Part shown: positions 13,506 through 27,814 of the stretch, piece by piece | Layout of the letters: every line of letters begins with the position of its first letter | How positions within the stretch are numbered: the first letter of the stretch is position 1 | Origin: Nageia nagi | Taxonomy: Eukaryota > Plantae > Pinophyta | Reading direction: 5' to 3' | Length of the DNA stretch: 64,000 bases | NCBI GenBank assembly: GCA_050084985.1 | Contig: JBITNC010000002.1 | Coordinates: forward strand, 5,518,001 to 5,582,000 | Made by a program: the position numbers and the translations under genes | Notes under the pieces: generated by a model | Told to the model about the DNA's origin: nothing | The model's input: only the letters and a program-made list of their open reading frames with translations | Database searches by the model: none

Positions 13506-14818
13506 TGTTAGAATGTATAATACATTATTGTAAGTTTTTGTAATTTTTTTCTTTGTAAATTCACCAATACATAAAGGTATCTCTAGATACCTTAAGTATT
13601 TAAGTGAATATGATAATGTAACTTGTCCTACACTTCTTCTCATAAGCATGTCCCTTGGGTAAAAGCGTGTAGCATGTCATGTCTTTGTACAATGGTTAAA
13701 AGGGTGATCCAAAAGAAGATTTTAGCTTATAAATAGAATGCCCTCCCCTTGTGATCACTCACTAAAAAAACTTGATGTAAAGTTATGCTCTAGTGTTTGT
13801 AGTGGATGTCTCATAGTTTGGAGGAACATTATATCTTGTGTCAATATGGTGAAATTGTTATGCTTTGAATATTGATTGTTTGATGCTTTCAAGTGATTGG
13901 TAGATTAGCAAAGTGATTGTGTTAAGATTTATTGCATTCATTTGGTATTAGAGCTTCATGTGAAGGCTCCTCTTCAACACCTTAGAGGTCATTTTGACTC
14001 TTTCTTCCATGTTTGGAGGTTCATTTATGTCTTTATTGAGATAAAAGATTTAAGAAGGTATAACCTCCTCCCTTCTTGGTTGTGTTTTTAGATTATTTCT
14101 TCATGATACTAACATTTTGTTTTTATGTTAGTTGCCCTTTTTTAAGCAATTTGCTAATATAATAATATATTAGTGTTATAAATTTTTTTCATACTATCCT
14201 TTATGTTAGTTGCAATTTTTTTTGTAAAAGTTGCTTATATGTAACAATAATATATTGTTATACTAATTTCTCATGAAAATTGAGATAATTATTTTTTTCC
14301 AACTTTCTTATAAATATTAAAAAGGATTGTAATTTTTTTTTATTTAATAAAAAATATTACCATTTTGAAATGAAAAGGGAGGAAATTTTTTTTTAGCCTT
14401 TTTTTTTCAAATACATTTGTATTTTATTTTATTTAAAATAGAAATTTTTTTTTAAAAAAATCATTTTAATAAAATGTAAATGTTGTTTCAACATTTTTTT
14501 TATAAAAGAAAATGTCGTAGGAGGTCGACTCTGCTCCATGACTAATCTCTCTTTTGCGACATGATCTCTATCTGCAAACTGCACCCAACCATCCCATTAT
14601 GATGCTCAAACCCTCTGCTTGTGGTGTGATGTAGGTGGCATGTGGTATTTTAGCAAGGATTATATAGCTCCTTTTCTTTGCTCCTTGTGTGCAACAGACT
14701 TCAACTTGGTTCCCCTCCTCTCAATATGCGCATTGTGGCCATTGTCACTGATTTGGGTAAGCCCCACAGCCTATCTATTGTTGTTACATATTCAAACTAC
14801 TTTCCCCAACCCTACGCA

Positions 14819-17800
14819 TGTGAGAGGGCTGCCTCTCTTGGAGTGGTGAGTGTGCATAGAGCGCAACCTCTAGCACACAAGGATCCATTCCAAACTTGGA
14901 CTATCATACTTTAGGAACCATGGCGGTCAAGGTTGTGAGTCCGTCCTTATGGTTGGATTGGGTGGTATGGATGGGTGAATAAAGCTTAGGGGGACCTTAG
15001 GGGTGAAACCCATTTAAAGGTCATTGGTTGGGTGGTGAGCACTAGACACTCTGATAACTATGATAATTTGATGCTCCAAGGGGCCAGATCAGCCCTAGAG
15101 GCATGAGGCCTTAAGTAGCATGTAACTACAGATTTAACAGATAGGCAAAGCTGGTTAGATGCATAGAATGTGCCATAAGTGGACATACCTATCAGGGGTG
15201 ATTCCCATAAGTTTGATACCCAAGCTTACAAACTGTGTTGTCTATGTCAATTCCTAGTGATACCTTTAGTAGCCATGCTCCCAGGGGTGGCTCATTTTGG
15301 TATCATTTCATGTGGTATCAGAGCCTTAGGGTTTCAGGCAAGGAGGTGCCATGTACCATGTGTATCATGCCAATTCAACCCACATGAAACATGATGTCAT
15401 GAAGAATTAGTTACTCACTTGGACCTTGGTTAACTAAGATGGGTGGATATGCACTGGTGCTTAATTGCTATGCATGCAGGGGTGCTTGATGCATCAAAGA
15501 ATGTAGCACCTTACCATTGTGTTGATACATCGAAGAAGGCAGCATTACAAAACTCTTAGTGAAAGGAGCAGGATCCTGTATGCCATGTCGAAGGCATAAT
15601 AAAATTGCTATGTTAAAGGCAAAGCATGGTTTCTTATCATGCCTTCCCTAATCCCTTGTAAAACTATAGAGAGTCTAGTTGGGGGTAGGAGAATGGGGCA
15701 TGATGTCTACCATGTGTTTGTGCATGCTTCATGCTATGTGTTTGTCTTTGCTCATACACAACCTTGTTTGCCTTAGCAATTCGTGGCGCCTTGTGTTATA
15801 TCCTGACCAACATGTCTCTTGATGTTTGAAGAGTGAAGTGTGATAAGCATGTCCATGTGTTCATCTACATCAGATTTTGTTGAAGCTCATGTCAGATTGT
15901 TCAAGATGTTTGCTCAACCAGTTCAAGAAGTGCCACAAGAAGTTGTGCCTCAAGACCCTATTATCAAAAATGAAGAGGAAGAAATTCCTTATCGAATCTT
16001 GCATCAAATAACTACGGATAATTACATGGAATAGTTTGTGGATAAGATGGGATAAGATCGTAGTAAACCTCACAGTGAGAGAGTGGGTTATGGTGATAAG
16101 ATTATATGAATCCAAGCAGAAATTGCAACCTTGGTGGAAGAACACAAAGCTGTACATGATGAAACTATGGATTTGGGTAACTGAGTTTTTGATTTAGAAA
16201 CACAAGTAAGCAAAAATAATTAGGTCATTCAGGAGTTAACTAAGCAAATGACTCTTCTAAGGTAGTTTGTAACCAGCTCAACAAGCTATGATAAAATTGA
16301 GGCCAAGATCAAAGTAAAAATGCTAGCCACGTACAGTGGAGAAAGGGATGCAACCATTTTGAAAACATGGATTTGGGATCTTGGACATTATTTCAGGTAG
16401 CTTCCATAAGTAAATGATCAAAAAAAGATCAATATTGCAATGGGTTTGTTGGATGGAGTACCAAACTTTGGTGGAGAACCCATTCAGCATCAGAAGAAGA
16501 GGAAGACTCTTGCAAGACTTGGGAAAACTTTCAACAACTATTAAGAGAGCAATTCAAACTGACAAATGTGGATATGAAAATCTTGGAGAAGTTGGATGCT
16601 CTCTAACACATTGGCACCATAAAAGAATATATCAAGTCATTTCAAATATACATACTACCAACTTTGGGTTTGCAAGAGCATGTCAAGCTGCATTATTTTA
16701 TGAAGGGCCTCCAACCTTAGGCCAAGGCCGAACTAAACAGACAACAAATCAGCAAACTCACTAAAGCCATAAAAGTGGTAGACAAGTTGATTGATTATAA
16801 AGAATTTGGGCTAAAAAAGGATAAAGAGAATAAAAAGGGTGAAAAAAGAGGGGTAAGTTCAAAAAATAAGAGTTGGGGAGATAAACAAAAATATAAGAAG
16901 AGTTGGAGAGGAGATAACAGAGACAACAAGGGAAAATAAGAGAGGTTTGGAAAAAAAAATGGGAAGTATGATAGGAATAAAAAGCTTAAGAGAGGACACT
17001 AAGAGGAGGAAAACCACCAATTTCAAAAAGCTCAATGATTTAAATATGAGTAGCAGAGCAAAAGGAGATGTTTCAGGTGTGATAGTACGGGCCGTGTCGC
17101 TAGGGAATGTCCTCACCAAAACTATCTCAATGCCATGAACTTGGCCATGCCTCAATCCCAACCTATCCAATACTATGTGACTCACCCTCCTTAATCTTTG
17201 GCTTTGATAGTGACCACCTCAACATCATCGAACCCTCAGGGAAACCTTAGTGTTTGACTTTTGAATGCTTTGGCTGCCATTGAGGGAAAACTAACCCATA
17301 TTGATGAGAACCAACATTACCCTCTCAGCTATGTAGATGTCACCCTTAATGGAAGACCCATCATGGCTCTCATTGATGGTGGAACGTTGAGCAACTATAT
17401 ATCTAAATGTCTATGCAAAGAGTTGAACCTTAAAACATATAAATCTAGTGACTCCTTACAAGTTGCTATCTGATCAAAAGAGATCAATTTACGATGGACT
17501 TACAAAGTTTCTCTCCAAGTAAGGAAATGGATTGGAAATACAATCATCTTTTTCATACCTAGTCTCAACTTTGATCTTATCCTAGGTAAATCCTTTATCT
17601 ACACTACCCATGCTGCAATCATTCGCTATATTGGGAAACTAGTCATTATGCATCCTGACTACTCATGTATGGTAGATCTTGTTGAACCTAGGTTAAGTGG
17701 TTATTTGCAAAACCTATTTTCCATATCAATTAGAAAGGCCTCTAGGAATAAGTGAAAACCTTTGTTTCTAGCAGCCATGTTGGGAGGTTGGGAGGACTAG

Positions 17801-20800
17801 GAAGTGGAGAGATCATCAGTTCCTAGAGAGATTAATGAAGTATTGGAGAAGTATAGAGATGTAATGCTGATGGAGTTACCAACTTGACTCCCATCGAGGA
17901 GAACAGTTAATCACAAAATTGAGTTAAATCCAGGGCCTAAAGCCCCTTCTATTAGGCCATATAGACTGTTAGTGGTCAAAATGGCAAAATTGAAGAAGTA
18001 ATTGGAAGAGTTGTTGGCTGTTGATTATTTAAGACCATCCCACTCGCCTTATGGGGCATCAATGTTGTTTTAGAAAAAGAAGGATGGATCATTGAGGATG
18101 TGTGTAGATTACCGGGCCCTTAATAAGATAACAATTAAGAACAAGTATCCACTCCCACTAATTGAAGATTATTTTGATCGATTGGGTAAAGTTGTGTACT
18201 TTTCAAAGCTAGACTTGAAGCAAGGCTATTACCAAGTGCATATTGCAAAGGGAGATGAGGAGAAAACACCTTGTGTTACAAGATATGGATCCTACAATTT
18301 CACAATTATGCCATTTGGGCTCTGTAATGCCCCAGCAACCTTTTGTACACTCATGAATGATGTATTTTATCCCTACTTAGATAAGTTCATCATGATATAT
18401 TTGGATGACATACTAGTGTACAGTAAGACCTTGGAGGATCACAAAGCCCATTTGTCCTTAGTATTTGATAAGCTCAGGAAAATGAACTCTATGTTAAAAG
18501 GAAGAAATGTGCCTTTGCACAAATAGAGGTGAACTTTCTTAGGCATGTCGTAGGTGGTGGGAAAATTAAACCTAAAATAAAGAAACTGGATGCCATATGA
18601 GATTGGAAACCTCCTAAAGATGTCCACCAACTCAAGTAATTTTTGGGCTTGGCTAATTACTACAAAAGGTTTGTGTTTGGGTATTCAAAAATTGCAGCCC
18701 CTCTTACTCAGTTGCTTAGAAAATAAACCAGATGGTTCTGGATGGTATATTAGTATCAGGCATTTGATGAATTGAAAAGTAACTTACAACTTCACCTATG
18801 TTGGCCTTACCTGATTTCTCTAAACCTTTTGAAGTGTATACAGATGCATCTAACTATGCCATTGATGGGGTCTTGATCTAGGATGGACACCCCATAGCCT
18901 ACGTGTCTCAAAAATTGAAATATGTGGAGAGAAATTACCTCACTCATGATAAAAAAATGGTGGTTATCTTACATTGCCTACATGTTTGGCGACATTATCT
19001 CTTGGGCACTCCTTTTGTGATCAAAATTGATAATATCTCCAACACTTACTTCAAGACATCTAGCAAGTTAATGGGCAAAAAGGTTAGATGGGTAGATTTC
19101 TTAGCTAAGTATGATATAGAGTTTTGCTACAACCTTGATAAGAAAAATGCTATGGTAGATGCCTTGAACTGTAAGCCTCAACTAAAGGACCATCTTGAGG
19201 GCTCATAGGAGCTTGCCCAAGCTCAAGTGAGGGAGAAACCACCTTGTGCCCTCACAGCAATGATAAATGGCCAAGAGGAGTTAGGTAAAGATGATAAGCA
19301 ACTAAATAAACATGACAAGTATAAATTTTAAGGGATTTGATTCAAGAATAAGAGAGGGAATGGAGAAAGACCCACAAGCTAGAGCTATGATAGCCTCAAT
19401 TGACAAATTTTCAGGAGTAAATCAACTAAGTAAGTTTAGAATCCGTATGGGTTTGCTGTTGTATAGAGTTAATAGGATCTATGTTTCAAAGTGGGATGGC
19501 CTAAGGAAAGACATAATGAAAGAGTGTCATGACTCACCTTGGGCAGGACATCTAGGAAGAGACAAAATGATGGCCTTAGTTTCAAGAGGGTTTTACTGGC
19601 CAAATATGTTCAAAGATATGGAAAGTTATGTAAGGAGCTACCTGTTGTGTCAACAAGATAAGAGTGAGAGGAAACAACCAATAGGCTTGCTTCAACCACT
19701 CCTCATGCCAGTCAGACCTTGGGTGAGTGTTAGCATGGACTTTATCACTAGCTTATTGAAAGTGCGAGGATATACCAGTATTATGGTAGTGGTTGATAGA
19801 TTTTTCAAGTATGCAACTTTTATACTATGTAAGTACCCATGTGAAGCAGCAACGGTAGCTGAGTATTTCTTCAAGTATGTTGTGAAGTATTGGGAGATAC
19901 CATTGAATATTGTATTAGATAGAGATGCTCAATTTACTAGTAATTTCTAGTTAGAGTTATTCAAAATAATGGGTACAAGGTTGCTACTATAAATAAGTCA
20001 CCATCTACAAACTGATGGCCAAATAGAGAGAGTAAATGGGATTTTGGAGGAATACTTAAGGCACTATGTGATTTCTGACCAAACAAACTGGCCTGATCTT
20101 CTAGACATAGCTCAATTCTGTTACACTAGCTAGAAGTTAGCCTCGAGTAAGTTTACACCTTTTGAACTTACCATTGGAAGATAACCAATCGCTCCTCACA
20201 CAGTTGTTCCAAAATATTATAGCACTTATCCATCAGCAACTTAATATTTGTAGGATTGGAAGGAAAGGATAGATGTTGCAAGGGAGTTCTTATTGCAAGC
20301 TTAGGAGAGAATGAAGAAAAATGCAAATCAAAGAAGATGTGAGCTAGAATTTAAGGTTGGGGACTTGGTATTCTTGGGAATTGATGGAGAGCACTTTAAA
20401 CTTGCATAGGGAACATCAAAGTCTCTTACTAGAAGATATGAGGGGCCATTCAGAGTAATGAAATGAATTGGAAAGGTGGCATACAAAGTCCAGTTGCCAA
20501 GCCATCTACACATACATGCTATCTTTCATGTTAGCCAATTGAGACCATGTGTGGAAGACTTGGAGAATCCTGAGAGAATGGTTCCCACTCGCCCTCCTAC
20601 TGGAATCATCGACAAATTGCAAAAAATAGTGAAAGAGATTAAGGGTGTTTGAATAAGGGGTTTTGGTAAGATTAAGAAAATAGAGTACCTTATTAGTTGG
20701 GAAGGTGAAACTATTGAGAATGATACTTGGGAGAGAGCAAAAAGCTTATGGAACTTTGAGGATAAAATCCAAGAGTTCCTGGTTGAAGGCCATGAAAAGT

Positions 20801-21384
20801 ATTTGTGGTGTGGACTAAACAAATTTGTTTATCAGAGACCCATTCATCCCTTTGTTGTACATTATTGATGAGGTCATTAACATCTTTAAGTGGGGGAGAA
20901 TGTGAGAGGGTCATCTCTCCTGAGTGTGTGTAGAGCACAACCTCTAGCACACGGAGATCCATTTCGAACTTGGAATACCATGCTTTAGGAACCATGATAG
21001 ATAAGGTTGTGAGTCCATTCCTATGGTTGGACTGGGTGGTATAGATGGGTGAATAAAGCTCAGGGGGACCTTAGGGGTGAAACCCATTTTAAGGTCAATG
21101 GTTGGGTGGTGAGCACTAGACACTCTAGTAACTATGACAATCTGGTGCTCCAAGGGGTTGAATCATCCCTAGAGGCATGAGGCCTTGGGTAGCATGTAAC
21201 TACAGATTTGATGGATAGGTGAAGCTAGTTAGATGCATAAGACGTGCCATAAGTGGACATACTTGGTAGGGGTGATTCCCATAAGTTTGGTACCTACACT
21301 TACGAATCGTGTTACCTATGTCGATGCTTGATGATACCTTCGGTAGCCATGCTCCTTAAGGTGGCTCATTTTGGTATCATTTCA
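14819..21384 (+). mobile_element. Full-length degenerate Ty3/gypsy chromovirus (Galadriel-like), nested in the copia B leader
   Basis: LTRs 14819-15310 and 20901-21384, PBS TGGTATCAGAGCC 15313-15325, PPT AAGTGGGGGAGAA, TSD ACGCA/ATGCA. Encodes PR ALIDGG, RT YLDDILVYS, RNase H, integrase SMDFIT and a chromodomain EYLISWEG..DTWE. Clade assignment is inference. Confidence 0.95.
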
Positions 21385-22179
21385 ATGCATTCCATTGTTC
21401 ATGCCACCTATGTGCTCCCCTGGTCACACCGCTACGCCCATTGAACCCTACGCTTGTTGGCCGACTCCATGTGGATACCTTTTTATTTTCTTACCTACAT
21501 CGCCACTTGGGAGGTTTTTTAAAGAAATTTTCTTTTGGGCCCTAAGACCACCTCTGCTTCTTTATTGGTGTTCTTTTTTATTTATTTAAATACTTCTTTG
21601 CAATTGCTTGCAAAAAGGGGAGAGAGGTTATCATTAACTTACCAAGAATCATTAATGAGAATGGAGTAGAGTGTGAGTTTTCTCTTCCCTTTAATTTTGT
21701 TGCAGGCCTGGTTACCATTTATTATTTTTAATGACATCTTTTTAAATTTTCTTATTTTGAGTAAGTTTTGGGCAAACAAGTTAAGTTTTTTTTCTTGAAT
21801 GAAACCTTTTTTACCATAAATGAGAGAAGACAATTTTTTAAGGGAAGGGGGGAATAATTTTTTTTGATGATTTTTTTAAGGTAAAAATGGATTGAATGTT
21901 TTTAAAAGAGGGATATTTATTTTAGAAGTAAAAATGCTAAGGTAAAACAAAATTGAGGTACTTTTTCCTTAGTGTTAAAATTTTTTTCTTCTCTAAAGTA
22001 AAATTGCAAAAAAGAAATTTTTCCCCTTAGTGCTTAATTTTTTTCATGGTAAAATGTGGCAATTTATTTTCCTTAGTTAAGGTAAAATTGCAAAGATATT
22101 TTTTATCTATTTAAAAAAAAAAACATGAACATGTTGTTTAAGTTCAATTTTTAAGTAAAAAGGGGGAATTACTTAAAAA

Positions 22180-22325
22180 TTAATGCATTTGATTATTGGA
22201 TGCATGGCTATTACTTAGAATTTTTACTTAAAAATTAGTGCATTTGATGAATGGATGCATTTCTATTACTTAGAATTTTTTTAATGCATTTGATGAATGG
22301 ATGCATGCCTATTACTTAGAATTTT
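22180..22325. repeat. Tandem repeat, 3 copies (tgcatttgatgaatggatgcat..tattacttagaatttt) in the copia B leader
   Basis: Three copies visible directly. Confidence 0.85.
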
Positions 22326-23232
22326 TGTTGGATGCCTCTTTAACTGTTCACCTTGGATGAATTCCTTATGCAAAAATTGTGAACTTATCTAAAAGAGATC
22401 CTCTTGGGGTTGGTAACAAAACCCATTAGACTCTTAGATTTCAATTATTGTTAGATGATGTATCATTTTTATGCACTTTACTTTATGTTATGCACCTTTT
22501 CTTTTTCTTTGCAAAATCATAAACATTGAAAGTGCACCCTTTAAAATGAACACATCTGTATGCATATTCTACAACATGACTTGTTTAGGGAGCCACGAGA
22601 TGAGGACAAGGTAAATTGGAGCCTTCAGTTTGAAGATCCAAATGGTGAAAAGTTCATACTTCTTGATTTTGCCTAAGTCCTTTGTTAGTCTAGACATAAC
22701 TCTATATAGGTGGATAGGCATGTGTGTAGAGATACCACATATCCGCATGTCCATTCAGGGATTATCCTAATAATCTAGGAGGATAACTTAAAACCTAATC
22801 AAGATAATAATTTGGCTGATCCAATATATGTCACAAACTTGTAAAATAGTTAGTACTCCTCCTTGCGAGAGTATATTACTAACCAAGGCGAACTGGTTGG
22901 AGATTGGTAGGACCTAGGCTCCACCTAGTAGGCATCCAGGTGAAGGAAAAATTTTAGATAAGAAAATAAGCCTCAACTTTATCCCTCTTTACAACTATGG
23001 TACTTGGTTATGATAAAATATTGGATATATGGGAATTATTATGTAAACCTTTACTTATGTGAATTTTGTTAAACAAGTTAAGTATGTTCTTTTGATCAAA
23101 ATTTATCATGAACTAATTCAACATGTATGGTTGATTAATTTTTAAATATGTGTGAATGATTAACTCAACATGTGTAGATGATTAATATAACATGCTTATA
23201 TGGGTTAACACTTCCACATTCTTATGTAGCAA

Positions 23233-24800
23233 ATGGGAAACACCTTACCCAGGCACATTCTCGATGGTTTTAACTATGGTATTTATGAACCTCGGATGAA
23301 AGTTGAATTGGATGCAAGGAAATTATAGTAGATAATTAGTAAGAACCTAGTTGCTCCTACAAATAAGAAGTCACTTGAAGCTTACAACATAAAGAATGAG
23401 TTGGCAACCTCTATGATTTCCATGCAGTGTCAAATGAAGTGCTTCTTATGATTTTTTCATCAATCTTTGCAAAGGAAGATTGGGATAGAATCAAGAAAAT
23501 CTACCTAGGGTCAAATTTTTCAATAAAGTTCACTATTATCCAAAAGTTGCTTCAATCTCATCAAGGGGAAGATGAAAATGTTGCCATCTATTTTAATAAG
23601 ATCATTAACTTTAGGATCCAACTTCTTGGTTGTGGCTATAATTAGATCAATGATAAGTTCATGGTCTTCATCATTTTTCAAAACCTTTTTTCAAAGTTTA
23701 GTAACTTTGTGATATTTATTGAGACTAGGATTGATGATGAAAAAATATTCTCTCTTGAGAACCTTTCAAGGTGCCTTCTAAAGCATGAGAAAAATCTTAA
23801 TAAAAAAGTATTGATCTCTTCTCTAAAGGATAATAATGTTTCTCTAGGAACAACCCAAATTCCTTTTAAGAAGAAGTTAAAGCATTAAAAGAAATATTTT
23901 TATACTACCTCCAAAAAAATTGAAAATAAGGGTAACAACAACAACTACAAGTAGAGAGATGGAAAGGCCAAGGCAAACAAACCAAATCCCAAAGTAAAAT
24001 TTGATAAAAATTATAACTTTTATGGTAGCTATGGTCACAAAGAATTTGATTGCTACAAGAATAAAAGATCAAAGAAAATGAAAATGTGAAGAATTTAAAA
24101 GGAAAGAAGAATATCAAAGCTGATTTTATTTCTGCTCTTTACTCCATGAATCACACTTTATCAATTGATTGGATTATTAACTCCAAATGCATTAATCACC
24201 TATGCTTTGAAAAAGATAAGTTTGAAAATTTTCACAAATCTAGAAAGGATGCAGTTATGATAAGTGATAATACAATCCTTAAAGTACAAGGGGTTGAGAG
24301 TGTGTTGATTCATAGAAAGGTTCTTGAAAATGTAATCTATGTGTTTAAATGTTGAATGAACTTTTTTTTTGTAATTCAAGTTATAAGAAAAGGATACTCA
24401 TTTGAGTTTAACTCACACTCCTAGTGCATTAAGAAGGGACTTGCCACTTTGATGAAAGGATCAATGGAATATGATCTTTACATTGTGTATCAAGTTCCAA
24501 CAAAGATGTGTCTTGCTATAAATTTGTGCTCTAGGTGTAATTGAGTAAGCTCATCAATCTCAAATTTCTTTAGATAATCAATTGACTATTTCTTTCATAA
24601 AGAGCCTTATTTTCATCAAAGAATAAAACATGTTGAAATCCAAGCATATTTTATTAGGGCCAAGGTTCTGGATGGTATCCTACAATTGGAGTATTTTCCA
24701 TCAGTCCTAAACTCTTCTGATTTTTTCACCAAGCCCCTTCTTGAAGCTCAGTTCTATAAGCTTAAGGAATCTATTAGGTTGATAAAGTGTCCTTCAAGGG
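23233..24800 (+). pseudogene. Disrupted gag-PR and RNase H tail of copia B
   Basis: ORFs 23427-23645, 23661-23888 and 24086-24355 are paralogous to copia A gag/PR. Confidence 0.85.
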
Positions 24801-24878
24801 GAAGTAAAGGTTGAATTCATATTTTTGATGATAACTTCATCCTTAGGAGGATTTTTTGGTTGTATAGTGTTGATCTTT

Positions 24879-25065
24879 ATGTACACTTTCATGGTTAGTT
24901 TGCTTTGTGTGAGGAACTAGTTGTACATTTTTTAGTATATGATGTACACCTTAATGGTTAGTTCTCTTTGTGTGAGGAACTAGTTGTATATTTTTTAGCA
25001 TATGATGTACATCTTCATGTTAGTTCACTCCATGTGAGGAACTAGTTATACATTTTTTAGCATAT
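24879..25065. repeat. ~65-bp tandem repeat, 3 copies, in the copia B 3' UTR
   Basis: atgtacac..ggttagtt..tgtgaggaactagttgtaca..ttttagcatat repeated three times. Confidence 0.88.
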
Positions 25066-26241
25066 AATGGCTTATGTTAGCATTGTTTCAGTTATCAATA
25101 TGTGAGAAACCAATATATGCATTTTGGCACTATTTGGATATCCATGTATGAAGAACTCATATGTGCTTATGCTCTATTTTTTATGTTGATCAACATATGG
25201 TTTTATATAGCATGTGACTATGAGTATTGGCTTGGCAACTTTATGATGACTTATAGTGAACCATTGATCAATGGATGGTATTAATTAATTCATTTATCTT
25301 ATGTTGATATGAATATTTATATGATGCACCTAATTGATCTTGTTTATGAGTTGCTTGTAGCTTGCATATTTCTTCTTGAGAGTGTAGATTACCTACTTCA
25401 AGTAGGCAAGTTCATGGAGGCTTATCATGTCAACTTATTTTTGAATGACTACTTTGTGCAATGAAACCAATTATGGTTAATGATTGTATTGCAAACTATT
25501 TTATCAAATGGTAATGTAATGAGCCTCAATCCAATATCTTGCTTATTTCTCAAAGATGTAAATGTTTTCATCCTTAATTGTATCTTTATGGAGGAGAACC
25601 CTCTCTTACTCTCTCTTTCTTCTCTTCTCTTCACTCTACCCCATAATTGCATTAAAAGTGAGTGTTGGAATGTATAATGCATTATTGTAAGGTTTCTTTA
25701 TGTAATTTACTTAATACTTAAAGGTATCCTAGATACCTTAAGTATTTAGTGAATATGATAATGTAAATTCACTAATACTTAAAAGTATTCCTAGCTACCT
25801 TTTAAGTATTTGTGAATAAAATAATGTAACTTGTCTTGGACTCCATCTCATTGGCATGCCCCTTGGGTAAAAGGGTGATGCATGATATGGTATTGTACAA
25901 TAGTTAAAAGAGTGATCCAAGAGAGTATTTTGACCTATAAATAGAGGGCCCTCTTCTTGAGATTACTCACTCAAGTTTGTAGCAAAGTTATGCTTTAGGG
26001 TTGTTAAGAGAAATAAGGAAGAGTTATTATAAGAGAGTGTTATTTGATAATAAAGATATTAGATTATTATATGTACTTCCTTGGTTGGAGGAACCACTTT
26101 ATATTGGTGTCAACTTTGTGAGATTGGTTATTATCTTTATGCTATTATGTTGATATATTAGAGAGCTTTCATGAGATCTTGGCAGAATAAGAATTTAGTC
26201 ACTTAGGCTTAGTTCTCTCACTAGGAGAGGGACATTTACCT

Positions 26242-27069
26242 TGAAGCTCTAGATCTCATCAATAAAATACAAAAATAAGCAAATAATCCAATGTCTAGTT
26301 ATTATTGGCATAATTATAGTAAATAATCATCAAATTCACTCAAGTACCCAATGTAGGGTTAACGAGTCTAGAATACAAATTAATAATGCAAAACACACTC
26401 CCATATCCAACGTCCAAGAAAAAAGAGACAATTGATATTGTAATAGTAAAATAATGTAATTGCATTCAAATATAGAAATGGAGTGAACCTCAATTACAAT
26501 AATATTGCTATGAAGATTGATGCTCTAGGGCTCATATCCTTAATGTGCCAAGACTTGCATTAGGGATTCCTCCTCCAATAGCTATGGTGGAATCTCAGAT
26601 ATCCACTAACAATATTTTACTAATTCAAGGGTAATGCCAACATCCCTTGAATAGCTAGCTAACAACTTGGGTTTCGCCAACCCCTAAGTGTGTGCCCATG
26701 TAAGTCTTATATACCCTGCTACAAGTACCTCACTCCGAAGAATGGAATCTAAAAGAGCAAAGCTCCAACCAAGAAGAGAATTAATAATAATCATGCATAT
26801 CTTAGTTCTTCCAAAAATCCTCCTTAAATAGAAAGAGTAGCTCATCTTCTAATCTTTCCCAACATCCCATATTTGGAGAAATTAACTACTCTTCAATTTT
26901 ACTAAATTTAGTAAAAATGCTCCTAATCTAATGTTCCCATTTATCAGAGGTGAAATGGGAAAAATACCATAAAAATAGGGACATTAAAACCTTCAAGATC
27001 AAAATTAATATTCAAGTTTGCAACCTTAAGTGGGAAGAATTTAAGGTCTTTAAGAACGAATACCTTACA
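26242..27069 (-). repeat. Possible LTR remnant or solo LTR
   Basis: Candidate TG and CA ends and a minus-strand CTATTTAAG TATA-like motif near 26825. No clean TSD. Confidence 0.3.
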
Positions 27070-27814
27070 CCTCAATTCTATGTTGGAAAGTTTGAAGAAT
27101 TATAACATTTGAAGGAACAAAAAGTTAACTTTGTGTACATATACACCCAATGATTTGTAAAACTCCTAAGGCATATACTAAGTTATGAGAATAATAAAAA
27201 ATATAAAGGTATACAAATTTATTTTGGTATTAAATCATACCATTCAAAATGAAATCAACCTACACAATATTGATGATCTACAATGGCATATGATCTGGAT
27301 TGATAGGAAAACTTTAATTTAAAAAGAAGGAACATTAGGGCATCAAGACCCTAAAATAACCTCCATCCATATCTCAAATGGAAGGGAGACTTGAAAAAAT
27401 TAAAGGACATGAAAGTAGAAAAGAATAATGGATCCCAACATTAAATCCATAAGTGATATGAACATAAAATGAATCTAGAAGTTAAGGTTAAATTGATCCA
27501 AAAATCAGAGAACTAACCATTTATCATTAGTAGAAGGGTGAACCTAGTAAGAGATATTATAATACTTTTAAGATCCCAAGGGCACTAAGACTACTAGATG
27601 TTGCAACTATGGAGGATTTCATTATCTTAGGAGGTTTCCCTAAAATATGGAAATAACTACTTTTGATAAGTCACTTGGAATCTATGCAATAACAAATGAA
27701 TAGATCTTAAAAAATAGGCCACACCTCTTTCGATATGAGGTAAGATTTATGACTTTAGTATACATATCTTTATGGATAACTAATATGAAAATTGGATCAA
27801 TAAAAAAATAACAA

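Larger units (their letters stand above)
13506..26220 (+). mobile_element. Ty1/copia element of the same family (copia B), INT and RT deleted, carrying a nested gypsy
   Basis: 5' LTR 13506-13940, PBS 13943-13954, long leader, gag ATG 23233, protease WIINS and GAG-pre-integrase to ~24535. Then RNase H end (KHVEI, DFFTKPL) and 3' LTR 25663-26220. No TSD seen. Confidence 0.82.
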
